This document shows, piece after piece, positions 55,652 through 64,000 of a DNA stretch of 64,000 nt. Source of the stretch: Candidatus Woesearchaeota archaeon (lineage in GTDB: Archaea > Nanobdellota > Nanobdellia > Woesearchaeales > ARS49); the NCBI GenBank assembly GCA_037445145.1, contig JBBILB010000003.1:976-64975 (forward strand). The letters are read 5' to 3'. Numbering within the stretch: position 1 is the first letter of the stretch; each line of letters opens with the position of its first letter. Both the position numbers and the translations under genes were made by a program. The notes below the pieces were generated by a model. It was not told the DNA's origin. It did not search any database and worked only from the letters and a program-made list of their open reading frames with translations.

Positions 55652-56748
55652 TACCCCACCTCGTAGCGCAGGATTGCGCCATACATTCCCAAATCCTTGA
55701 GCTGGGCGCCCTCGCGGGTTTCTGTTGAGATAATCCTGACCTCTGTGCCAAACCTCTTTGCGGCATTCTCAAATTCATCTATTTTCTCTTCAGACAGGGC
55801 TTCAGACAGCAGCAGCGTCTCAACAGCACCCAGCTCAAGCATCCGCCTGACCTCTGCCTCGCCGTAAGCGACCATGTTCTGCCTTGTGGCAAGAAGCTCC
55901 AAGAACCTGCCTACTATCTTTTTCTCGCCTGCAATTTCCTCCTGAGAAAGTATGTCCTGGGACTTGTCGACCAGTTCCTCAAGACCGAACTCCTCAGTGT
56001 AGCTGAGGTCCTTGATGCAAAGGATTTTCTTCTTTAAGTCTGCAGTGATAAACCCGCTGTCAACAAATTCGTACTTTGTGGGTCCAGGACCGCCGATAAT
56101 GATTCCTTTCAGCCCTTCAAGCGTGAAAAACTGCTCTTTCATCAACTCAGCAACCTTGCCAAAATGGTCCTTGACCGCGATTTCGCGGTTTCTCTGGAAG
56201 CGGACAGCAGACTGCCCGCCTGCCTTGAACTTCCCTGGAACGTGGGAGTGAGTCTTCGTGAGCGGCACGATTGTCTTTCCCTTCAGAAGTGCAAGCATTG
56301 CGTCCCGTGCATCAATCACAACAAGGCCGTAAACTTCCTTTGCCTCGAGCATATCACGCAGTATGTCAAGGTCAAAGGTTTTCTCGCACTTGTACAAGCG
56401 CATCTTCAAGGGCACAGGAGGCTCAATACTCCAAACCCTGACGTCTGACTTGCCCTCCCTTGCAAGGATGTTGCCTGAAAAGACAGCAAGCCCGTTCTTG
56501 GGGGTCCTGCCAATAACGCGCAAGTGCTGTATCATCCTTTCCAGAGCGTCAATGACATTCTTCCTCGTGCTCGCGCTCTTGATGTTGCTTGCAGTGCCCT
56601 GCTCCTGCGCCAAATGCTGGATTATCTTCGTGAGGTCATAACCAACGGGGACGTAAACAGTGACGAACTCCGTGTGGGCAGCCTTGTGGCTCTCAAGTTC
56701 CTTGATGAATTTTTTCAGGTTGAACTTCTCGTGCGCCGTAATGCTCAT
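55648..56748 (-). CDS. prf1: Peptide chain release factor aRF1
   Basis: NIKS motif (TASNIKSAS) and GGQ motif (KAGGQSAVRF). Confidence 0.9.
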   Translation of the reverse strand: MSITAHEKFNLKKFIKELESHKAAHTEFVTVYVPVGYDLTKIIQHLAQEQGTASNIKSASTRKNVIDALERMIQHLRVIGRTPKNGLAVFSGNILAREGKSDVRVWSIEPPVPLKMRLYKCEKTFDLDILRDMLEAKEVYGLVVIDARDAMLALLKGKTIVPLTKTHSHVPGKFKAGGQSAVRFQRNREIAVKDHFGKVAELMKEQFFTLEGLKGIIIGGPGPTKYEFVDSGFITADLKKKILCIKDLSYTEEFGLEELVDKSQDILSQEEIAGEKKIVGRFLELLATRQNMVAYGEAEVRRMLELGAVETLLLSEALSEEKIDEFENAAKRFGTEVRIISTETREGAQLKDLGMYGAILRYEVGY

Positions 56749-56912
56749 TTTAGAAGAGCGGCAGGCAGGCTAACAACTATCAAGAAGAGACTATGCCCCA
56801 CAATGCCTGTCAGTGCTCATGACAGAATGAGTCGCTAAGCCCCCTTATTAAGCTTTGCATGATGCAAGGCTTCGATAGCTTTAAAAACCAACCGTTGTTT
56901 TCACGCAGCACA

Positions 56913-57212
56913 ATGGTAGAAAAGAAGCAGAGCCTGGGTCCTGTGAAAAGGTTCGGCGCGCGCTATGGAAGGACGACAAAGTTCAAGCGCGCAGCCATTG
57001 AGATAATGCAGAAAAAGAGCACGAAATGCCCTTACTGCAACAAGGACAGGGTCAAAAGGAAATCAAAGGGAATCTGGCACTGCACGAAATGCAAAAACAC
57101 ATTCGCAGGCCAGGCATACACTTTCGTTGCAAAGCCAAGCATCACAGCACTGCCGCCTGTTGAGGAAGTGATGGCAGAAACGCAGGAGCAGTCAGAGGAA
57201 GAGGGCGCATAA
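56913..57212 (+). CDS. rpl37ae: Ribosomal protein eL43 (L37ae) with acidic tail
   Basis: Start moved to MVEKKQSLGPVKRFGARYG. Zinc ribbon CPYC...CTKC. Confidence 0.9.
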   Translation: MVEKKQSLGPVKRFGARYGRTTKFKRAAIEIMQKKSTKCPYCNKDRVKRKSKGIWHCTKCKNTFAGQAYTFVAKPSITALPPVEEVMAETQEQSEEEGA

Positions 57213-57214
57213 GC

Positions 57215-57352
57215 ATGGTAAGATACACTTGTTTCAGCTGCGGCAAGAAAATCTCAGAAGACATGATGGGCAAGCGAGTGCGCTGCCCGTACTGCGGAAG
57301 CAAAATGCTCTACAAGTCAAGAAGCATTCCAACAAAGATAAAGGCGGTCTGA
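57215..57352 (+). CDS. rpoP: RNA polymerase subunit P (Rpo12), 45 aa
   Basis: Hand-translated: MVRYTCFSCGKKISEDMMGKRVRCPYCGSKMLYKSRSIPTKIKAV. Its stop overlaps the pfdB ATG (TGATG). Below the track cutoff. Confidence 0.8.
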   Translation: MVRYTCFSCGKKISEDMMGKRVRCPYCGSKMLYKSRSIPTKIKAV

Positions 57353-57681
57353 TGGAAATACCAAAAGAAACACAGGAAAGCATCAGCAGGCTCCAAATGA
57401 TTGAGCAGAATGTCCAGTCCCTGCTCATGCAGAAGCAGCAATTCCAGGCACAACTGTTTGAGCTAGAGAGCGCGCTCAAGGAGATAGAGAAGACAGACGA
57501 GGCGTTCAAAATCGTCGGGAACGTTATGATAAAGACTGACAAGACAGCCCTCAGGACAGAGCTTAATGCGAAAAAGGAAATAATTGACTTGAGGCTCAAG
57601 AACATTGACAAGCAGGAAAAACAGCTGAAGGACAAGGCAGAAACGCTGCAGAAGGAGGTAATGAGCAAGCTCAAGAAGTGA
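57352..57681 (+). CDS. pfdB: Prefoldin beta subunit
   Basis: Start moved to MEIPKETQESISRLQ. Coiled coil - single hairpin (FKIVGNVMIKTD) - coiled coil. Confidence 0.85.
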   Translation: MEIPKETQESISRLQMIEQNVQSLLMQKQQFQAQLFELESALKEIEKTDEAFKIVGNVMIKTDKTALRTELNAKKEIIDLRLKNIDKQEKQLKDKAETLQKEVMSKLKK

Positions 57682-57926
57682 TTCTTATGGACCAACTATC
57701 AATGATTATTGCGGCATTGCGCGAACTCGAGCAGGACAACCAGGTCCCGAAAAACGTCAAGACAAGGATTGCGAGCACAATAACAGTCCTTGAGGAAGAT
57801 GCTGAAATGCCGATAAAGGTTTCCAGAGCCCTTCAGGAGCTTGAGGAAATTGCAGAGGACAACAACATGCAGGCATACACAAGGACGCAGATATTCAACA
57901 TTGTAAGCCTGTTAGAAGTCATCTGA
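57678..57926 (+). CDS. UPF0147-family protein
   Basis: ...VPKNVKTRIASTITVLEEDAEMPIKVSRALQELEEIAEDNNMQAYTRTQIFNIVSLLE, the UPF0147/COG1698 pattern, in its usual place after pfdB. Confidence 0.7.
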   Translation: MILMDQLSMIIAALRELEQDNQVPKNVKTRIASTITVLEEDAEMPIKVSRALQELEEIAEDNNMQAYTRTQIFNIVSLLEVI

Positions 57927-57986
57927 TTTTTAGTGTGTTTTCGCCGTTGCAAACCTATATAAACAACTGTGCCATATTACTAAAGT

Positions 57987-58943
57987 ATGAAGAAAGCCGT
58001 CAATGCTGTTGTTTCTGCAATAAGCGCGGCAAGGCTTGGGGATATCCAGCAGTACCAGAACCTTGCTGTTGTCCCATTGCTCAAGAAGAATGGCGGCTCT
58101 GGTCTTGAAAGGCTTGTCCTTGAGGAAGCCCTGAAAAGCGGGCTGAAAATAGAGGAAATGCGCCAGACAAATGCCGGTGAGGTCGCAGTAAGCAATATTT
58201 CTGAGCTTGCAGTTAATAATGCCACAGGCAAGGACGTGATTATTGTCGCAGGAGAATACCTGGTCGGAGGCGGGCAGAACAGGATGGTCTCGGCAAGCGT
58301 TTATCTCGAAGCAGGATACAAGGGAAAAGTGCCTGTCAGGTGCATTGAGCACGGCAGGTGCAGAGGGCACAGCAGGGAATTCGGGTATGGCGGGCACACA
58401 AACCCATCTGTCAAGCACACGCAAAGCCAGGATGCGACTTGGGATGAGGTTACAACAATACTCGACAATACAGGAATAAAGTCAGGCTCGCAGGACTTCA
58501 GCAAGGTAATGGAGCAAAAAGGCAAGGAGTTGGGAGACATTGCAAAGCGCTTTGCAATACAGCCAAACCAGGTCGGAATTGTCGCTGTAATCGGGCTGCC
58601 TGACCGGAAAAAGTATGCGCTTGAGTTCTTTGATGACCCTGGAATAATGCAAAAGCACTATGACAGAATAATGTATGCAATGGCTGTGGAAGCACTGCCG
58701 CACAGCCAGGTAGGGCTTGTGGTTGACAAGAATGAGATTACCGGATTTTTGGATGAGATAAAGTCAGCAACCCTCAGCCACAGGCATTCAACAAGCAAGG
58801 GAGGAGATTATTCAATAGTGACCCCTTCTGCGTCAGGCTCAACGCTGATATGCGAAGATGACACAACGGCATACATCACACTTGTAAGCTCCAAGCCCTT
58901 TGCGCAGGAAAACACAACCATACTGCCGCCGAAAAAGAATTAA
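57987..58943 (+). CDS. Conserved hypothetical protein, DUF6569/ARPP-1-like (tentative)
   Basis: NLAVVPLL..., GEYLVGGGQNRMVSASVYL..., VPVRCIEHGRC resemble that family from memory. Not verified. Confidence 0.45.
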   Translation: MKKAVNAVVSAISAARLGDIQQYQNLAVVPLLKKNGGSGLERLVLEEALKSGLKIEEMRQTNAGEVAVSNISELAVNNATGKDVIIVAGEYLVGGGQNRMVSASVYLEAGYKGKVPVRCIEHGRCRGHSREFGYGGHTNPSVKHTQSQDATWDEVTTILDNTGIKSGSQDFSKVMEQKGKELGDIAKRFAIQPNQVGIVAVIGLPDRKKYALEFFDDPGIMQKHYDRIMYAMAVEALPHSQVGLVVDKNEITGFLDEIKSATLSHRHSTSKGGDYSIVTPSASGSTLICEDDTTAYITLVSSKPFAQENTTILPPKKN

Positions 58944-59479
58944 CGCTTTCTTACCCTTATTTCATGCCTGAGAAAGTTTGCGTTTGGAACGTGTATTATG
59001 TCGCCTGTCTTGCTGACGAGCTTTGTCTCGAGAAGACCAAGCTCCCTGACTTTGCCAGAGACCGAGCCGACAGTTATGGTGTCTCCTGCCGAGAAGAGCT
59101 TCTTGCGGCTGAGCCTTATTCCTGCAATGAAGTTCGGAATGAAATCCTTCATGCTGAGCAGGAATGCAATGGCAAGCACTGAAAGTATGGCAGCAATGAC
59201 CATGTAAAGGACAATTGCAGTAACCCCGAGCTGGTCAAGCGCAAGAACAATCGCGATGAAATAAATAAGGCACTCAACAAGGCGGCCCAGGAATTCCTCC
59301 ATCCCAAACCTTATTTTTGCCTTCAGCAGCATTCTGTTAAGCTCTATCTCGTGCAGTCCGCGCTGCACAAGCTTTCCAAGGACCTTGCCGATGATGAAAC
59401 CGATAAGCAGGACTATAACTGCTGATGCAATGATGTTTACCCAGCCCTGCGCCTCGCTCCAAAGATCAAGCAATGCCAT
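58940..59479 (-). CDS. Small MscS-like mechanosensitive channel
   Basis: 3 TM helices followed by a beta domain: GDTITVGSVSGKVRELGLLETKLVSKTGDIIHVPN. Confidence 0.7.
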   Translation of the reverse strand: MALLDLWSEAQGWVNIIASAVIVLLIGFIIGKVLGKLVQRGLHEIELNRMLLKAKIRFGMEEFLGRLVECLIYFIAIVLALDQLGVTAIVLYMVIAAILSVLAIAFLLSMKDFIPNFIAGIRLSRKKLFSAGDTITVGSVSGKVRELGLLETKLVSKTGDIIHVPNANFLRHEIRVRKR

Positions 59480-59574
59480 GGTTTGAATGAAACAGCGATG
59501 ATTTTATAAACCTTTTCGGGGCCTGTTGTTAGCAGGGACGCCAGCAAGGCCTGCTGGTCCATTCGCTAACGCTC

Positions 59575-60666
59575 ATGGGCATACCCGAGAGAATAAAGGA
59601 AATTGAAGACGCAATGAGAAAGTGGCAGTACAACAAAGCCACTGAGCGCGCATTTGGTGTGGCCAAGGCGCAAATTGCAAGATTGCGAGAAAAAATGGAA
59701 AAAGAGGCGGCCAAGAAAAGTGCTGGCGCCGGTTTTTTTGTCAAGAAGTCGGGTGACGCAACAGTAATTTTATTGGGCTTTCCTTCTGTCGGGAAAAGCA
59801 CCCTTTTGAACAGGCTCACCGGCGCCAAAAGCAAGACAGCCGCGTATGCATTTACAACACTCAACGTGATTCCGGGCATTTTGCAGTACAACCAGGCAAA
59901 AATACAAATCCTTGACGTGCCAGGAATAGTTGCAGGAGCTGCTTCCGGACGTGGAAGAGGGAAAGAAGTGCTTGCAATGGTAAGAGCAGCAGACCTGATA
60001 CTTATACTGATTGATGCCTTGCACCCAGAGCATTATTCCGCAATACTCCGGGAACTGCATGATGTTGGCATCAGGATAAACCAGGAAGCGCCGGATGTCA
60101 AGATAACAAAGAAAGCAAAAGGCGGAATTGACATAAGCGCAACAGTGCCGGTCGAAATAAGCAAGGAAACAATGGCAGACATACTAAAGACATTCAGGAT
60201 AACCAATGCCGATGTCGTGATAAGGAGTCCTGTAAACATTGACAGCTTTATTGATGCCGTGGAGGGAAACAGGCGCTACATACCTGCAATCACTGTTGTC
60301 ACGAAATTTGACCTGCTTGACGAGTTCCAGCAACAGGACCTGCTTGAGAAACTCAACCCGGACCTTGCAGTGAGCGCGGAACAGAACATAAACATTGAAG
60401 AGCTGAAAGAGCTAATATTTACCAAGCTTAACTTCATCAGGGTGTTCCTGAAAGAAATTGGCAAAAAACCAGACCTTGAAGAGCCAATGGTGCTGCGCAA
60501 AGGGACAACAATAGGTGATGTCTGTAACAGGATTCACAAGGACTTTGTAAAAAAGTTCGTGTTTGCAAAAATCTGGGGCAAGTCAGCAAAGTTCCCGGGC
60601 CAGCAGTTCAGAGACCTTGACAAAGAGCTCGATGACGGCGACATTGTTGAGATTCACATCAAGTAA
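59575..60666 (+). CDS. DRG/Rbg1-family GTPase with TGS domain
   Basis: GFPSVGKSTLLN (G1), DVPGIV (G3), and a C-terminal TGS (GDIVEI). Confidence 0.85.
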   Translation: MGIPERIKEIEDAMRKWQYNKATERAFGVAKAQIARLREKMEKEAAKKSAGAGFFVKKSGDATVILLGFPSVGKSTLLNRLTGAKSKTAAYAFTTLNVIPGILQYNQAKIQILDVPGIVAGAASGRGRGKEVLAMVRAADLILILIDALHPEHYSAILRELHDVGIRINQEAPDVKITKKAKGGIDISATVPVEISKETMADILKTFRITNADVVIRSPVNIDSFIDAVEGNRRYIPAITVVTKFDLLDEFQQQDLLEKLNPDLAVSAEQNINIEELKELIFTKLNFIRVFLKEIGKKPDLEEPMVLRKGTTIGDVCNRIHKDFVKKFVFAKIWGKSAKFPGQQFRDLDKELDDGDIVEIHIK

Positions 60667-60698
60667 ATTAATATATTTGATTGCATTTCAGTTTCCTT

Positions 60699-61088
60699 AT
60701 GCAGTTCAACGCCTATGGAAACGCAGGAATTGAGGGGACGCACACAAGCGTTCTTGAGTTCACGCAAAGAACAAGCGTGATACCAAAAGGCGCTTCTGTT
60801 GTTGGAACAAGGGCTGATTTTGAGCCAGAGGCGCTTAGCGCGCTGGCAATGGTTTCAAAAAAAATAAGGATAACACTCAAAGTAAAAGGTTTCACAGAAA
60901 CAATAACAGGCGAGGTAAACAAGTCATTTTTGCCAGGGGTAGATGTGATAATAAGAAAAGGCGCTCAGGGTTCTCCGGGAACACTGCTCATTAATGCTGA
61001 CAAGTCAGCAAGCGATTTGCCAAGGAAAATGATAGAGTTATTGAAGAATCCTGAGGAAAGGATGATTGTCACGCTTGAGCGCATATAA
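60699..61088 (+). CDS. DUF371-family protein
   Basis: ATG at 60699 (the track start is TTG). GTHTSVLEFTQRT...ITLKVKGFTETITGEV. Confidence 0.55.
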   Translation: MQFNAYGNAGIEGTHTSVLEFTQRTSVIPKGASVVGTRADFEPEALSALAMVSKKIRITLKVKGFTETITGEVNKSFLPGVDVIIRKGAQGSPGTLLINADKSASDLPRKMIELLKNPEERMIVTLERI

Positions 61089-61548
61089 GAATCTGGTCTA
61101 AAGGAAGCTTCTCTTTTGGAGGAACAGGCGTTGTGTACTCAATGCCATTCCCATGGTCTGTGCGCAGGAAGCTGTTGCGCTCAAAAAAAGACTGCGATTC
61201 AAGGTTGTCATAATCAACATATGCAAACACTGATTTTGCGCACTCATACTGCGCGATTACAAGCGCTGCGTGCAAAAGAGCCCTGCCAACATAGCGGGCA
61301 TCGCAGTACGGCTCAACGCAGACAAGCAAGATGCCCAATGCCTTCTCTCCAGGGGTTGGCTCTACAATCTGGAAGTTCAGGAAGCCCTGGTGTCCTGAAA
61401 CCTCTCCGGGATACGCCTTGAACAAAGGACCATAAAGCTTGGCGCTCTGACGCATATCATCCCTGATTGGAGTGCCTGCTATAATGCGCTCAATGTTCAG
61501 CCCTTCCTTTTTCCTGAAAGGGACCAAGCGTATTGTAACAGGGTCCAT
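61069..61548 (-). CDS. GNAT-like N-acetyltransferase (weak)
   Basis: Start moved to MDPVTIRL. VEPYCDARYVGRALLHAAL...SQSFFERNSF resembles GNAT motifs A and B. Confidence 0.5.
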   Translation of the reverse strand: MDPVTIRLVPFRKKEGLNIERIIAGTPIRDDMRQSAKLYGPLFKAYPGEVSGHQGFLNFQIVEPTPGEKALGILLVCVEPYCDARYVGRALLHAALVIAQYECAKSVFAYVDYDNLESQSFFERNSFLRTDHGNGIEYTTPVPPKEKLPLDQILICAQA

Positions 61549-61579
61549 GCAGGCAGGTAGAATTACAATGCTTAAAAAA

Positions 61580-62035
61580 CTAATCAACCAAAAGCCTTCT
61601 TGCCTTAGGGACAAAATTCAGGAGTTTTCCTTCCTTTACCCTTCCGCAACCCACAAAATCACTGCCAGACTTCATTATTACATAACCTTCCTGCTTGACT
61701 TCCTTGATTAAGTCCTCGCCCCTGAGCCATTGTCGTAATTCGTCCTTGTCAAGCTCTACAACATTCTTTTTTGCATGCGGACCGATTAATTGCGAGCCCT
61801 CAATGCTCAGCCGTATTTCTCCTTTCTTGAACTCGCCAATATACAAGCCGACACTGTTTATCCTGAGCTTTTTAGGATCAATCTTGGTGATGTCCTTGCT
61901 CAGCACGAAGAGGTCATTCTTGGTGCTCTGGTACCAAGCCCAGGGAAAATCAATCTCAGCACCCCATTGCTCCTTAATCCTGGCAAGAACCGGCTTCAAG
62001 TCGCGTCCCGACAAAGCAGTAAGGTTGGTTTTCAT
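61580..62035 (-). CDS. NIP7-like pre-PUA/PUA domain protein
   Basis: GLYIGEFKKGEIRLSIEGSQLIG...DFVGCGRVKEGKLLNFVPKARR. Confidence 0.6.
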   Translation of the reverse strand: MKTNLTALSGRDLKPVLARIKEQWGAEIDFPWAWYQSTKNDLFVLSKDITKIDPKKLRINSVGLYIGEFKKGEIRLSIEGSQLIGPHAKKNVVELDKDELRQWLRGEDLIKEVKQEGYVIMKSGSDFVGCGRVKEGKLLNFVPKARRLLVD

Positions 62036-62126
62036 TTTAGTACCATTTCCTTAACGAGCTTATTAAGCCTGCTGATTATTTCAAGCGCTGTTAGGGATTT
62101 GTGGCAATAATAATCCTTTAAAAGTA

Positions 62127-63881
62127 TCACACTCCCCACACAGGGTTATTCTTCCTCATTATTTGGGCGATTTCTTTCAAGAGCTCTTTTTCGTCATTTG
62201 TGATGTATTCCTTGTATTCCTTGTATTTCCTGAAGTGCTCTTCCGGAATTGAGCTGTAGAGTATGTCGCCCTCGTGGATTTGGCGGCCGATGATTACGTT
62301 TGGCATGCTTACTGCGACCTGCTTTCCCTTTTCTGCCTTTTCAATGTTTTCCTGCTCCTGCTGCAAGCCCTTGACAACTGTAAGCTCCCGCCCTTCTGCA
62401 TTCATCAATGGCGTTCCTGTCTTTATCGTTCCTCCAAGGACATGAATGCCGCAGACAGCAGGATTGCTCTGCCTGAAGACATAGCCCTTGAGGATTTCAA
62501 TCTTGCATGGCTTCACGAGGACATCAAGCTCTGCAAGCTCAATTGCCTTTTTCTTGTGCTCTGCCCATTTCTGGTAGTCCTCGATAAGGCGGTAAATCAC
62601 AGTGTTTGTAAGCACAGAAACATTTTCAGGAACACCTTCTGGCTGGGGAATGTTAAAGCCGAGAACGACCCCAAACAAGGGGTCTTTCTCTGCGTTTGCT
62701 GCAGCATCACTGATGTCCTTCTTTGTGACAGGACCAATTCCAGCGCGCATCACAGGTATTTTCGCTTCCTTAAGCAGAGTGATTAATGCCTCCAGCGAGC
62801 CAAGAGAATCTGCCTTGATTATGATGCCTTCCTTGCCTGTCTCAAGGACAACCGCCTCAACTTCCTGCCGGACTTTTGCCTTTGCCTCTTCAACATTTGC
62901 GGGGCTGCCGATGAGAGGCATTCCTGAGACAACATTCTCAATTTCAGGGGCGACAATCTTGACTCCGGTTGCTGCACTGGCTTCCTTTACAGAGGTGAAC
63001 TTTGTCTTTTTCTCCCTTAATTCCTGCAATGGCGCAGGCAGGAACAACGCCTTAACCCTTGAAACTATAGGTCCTTCAATCCCGCCAATGACAATCGTGT
63101 CTCCGACTTTCAAGGTACCGTCGTAAAGGATGACGTCCATTGTCTTGCCCAGCCCTTTGTCCTCCTTGACCTCAATAACTGTCCCCTGTGCAGGTCCGCC
63201 TTCTGTGACTTTCAGGCCGCTTTCAAGGTAGCGCTGGGCAAGACCTGTGAGTACCATCAAAAGCTCAGGGATTCCCTCGCCAGTAACAGCAGAAGTTGGG
63301 ACAACCGCAATCTGCTTTGTGTAGTCGCTTACCCTGTCAAAGCGCTCTGCCTCAAAGCCAATATCATACATCTTGCCCATAAGCTCATAGACTTTTGTTT
63401 CAATTGCCTTTTGCGCCTCCGGCGCCTGCTCAGCAATGTTCTGGAGCAATGGCTTTTGCGCTGCAGGCCGCCATCTTGGCAGCAGGTCTATCTTGTTAGC
63501 GGCAATGACAAAAGGGGTCTTGTAGTGCTTCAGGATTTCAATGCATTCAAGCGTCTGGGGCATAAAGCCCTCCATGACGTTAATCACAAGGACAGCAATG
63601 TCAGCAAGGTTGCCGCCCCGCCTTCGGAGATTTGTGAAGGCAGCATGACCGGGGGTATCAATGAAAAGCAAACCGGGAACAGTAAGTTTTAGCTTCAATG
63701 CCTCAAGCAAAGGACCGCAGATTTTCTGTATTGTGGGCAAAGGGATGATTGATGCGCCTATTGCCTGCGTGATTCCGCCTGCCTCGCGCGCAGCAATTGC
63801 ACTACCACGAATCTTGTCCAAAAGCAGTGTCTTTCCATGGTCCACGTGGCCCATAATAGCCACAATCGGCTGGCGTATCAT
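62127..63881 (-). CDS. infB: Translation initiation factor aIF5B (IF-2)
   Basis: IMGHVDHGKTLLLDKIRG, FIDTPGH, ANKIDL. Four-domain length. TATA tttttaaac lies about 27 nt upstream. Confidence 0.9.
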   Translation of the reverse strand: MIRQPIVAIMGHVDHGKTLLLDKIRGSAIAAREAGGITQAIGASIIPLPTIQKICGPLLEALKLKLTVPGLLFIDTPGHAAFTNLRRRGGNLADIAVLVINVMEGFMPQTLECIEILKHYKTPFVIAANKIDLLPRWRPAAQKPLLQNIAEQAPEAQKAIETKVYELMGKMYDIGFEAERFDRVSDYTKQIAVVPTSAVTGEGIPELLMVLTGLAQRYLESGLKVTEGGPAQGTVIEVKEDKGLGKTMDVILYDGTLKVGDTIVIGGIEGPIVSRVKALFLPAPLQELREKKTKFTSVKEASAATGVKIVAPEIENVVSGMPLIGSPANVEEAKAKVRQEVEAVVLETGKEGIIIKADSLGSLEALITLLKEAKIPVMRAGIGPVTKKDISDAAANAEKDPLFGVVLGFNIPQPEGVPENVSVLTNTVIYRLIEDYQKWAEHKKKAIELAELDVLVKPCKIEILKGYVFRQSNPAVCGIHVLGGTIKTGTPLMNAEGRELTVVKGLQQEQENIEKAEKGKQVAVSMPNVIIGRQIHEGDILYSSIPEEHFRKYKEYKEYITNDEKELLKEIAQIMRKNNPVWGV

Positions 63882-64000
63882 AGTTCATGGGCATTTTACG
63901 GTGTTTAAAAATGTAGTTGCTTTGTAACAGCAGTAAACTCCAAAATACGGGCGCGTACCGCGCCAGAGACATAAGCGATAGTGGAAGAACTATCAATATG

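Overview
The window is a gene-dense archaeal chromosome fragment. The archaeal call rests on eukaryote/archaea-type ribosomal proteins (eL41, eL40, eL33, eL43, eS24, eS31, P0/P1), aIF5A, aIF5B, aRF1, RNA polymerase subunits E-prime, Spt4/E-double-prime, L and P, prefoldin alpha and beta, Kae1, LonB, a class I CCA-adding enzyme, and BHB-type tRNA introns. Compact spacing, decayed biosynthetic genes and many small secreted Cys-rich proteins suggest a small-genome, DPANN-like lineage, but that is inference only.

Main features:
- A tRNA cluster: Val-UAC, Gly-GCC, Ile-UAU with intron, Glu-UUC with intron.
- A 16S - tRNA-Ala(intron) - 23S operon with no linked 5S.
- Two conserved archaeal information-processing clusters: uL1-uL10-P1, and PIN-Rpo7-Spt4-eS24-eS31.
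- Housekeeping enzymes: Nth, PEP synthase, UppS, Pcm, RsmE, a Trm11-like methyltransferase and a site-2 protease.
- Several genes below the 60-aa cutoff of the ORF track, found by hand: eL41, eL40, RpoP and a 56-aa ORF. The FtsY N-terminus running off the left edge was also found by hand.

The most unusual region is 30029-33648. This is an ORF-poor, AT-rich island holding three small, unrecognisable winged-helix/coiled-coil genes. It is flanked by two non-coding arms of about 0.9 kb each that are packed with short repeat families:
- a helically phased TGGGAAT array;
- CTCACTTT boxes, in inverted orientation around a block of 15 percent GC in the left arm and as direct copies in the right arm;
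- GTGCCTAA boxes;
- half-copies of a hairpin that also follows two tRNA genes.

I read the island as a candidate non-canonical replication origin or centromere-like locus, or alternatively a relic of an integrated element. This is a hypothesis, not a demonstrated system.

Secondary candidates:
- a convergent cluster of four large uncharacterised coiled-coil/TPR proteins (23201-28826);
- a class III nucleotidyl cyclase - Cas4-like nuclease - membrane protein operon (18221-20421);
- a 25-nt cis-element shared by the cyclase and GH15 promoters.

All family assignments come from motif recognition by eye. No database search was run.
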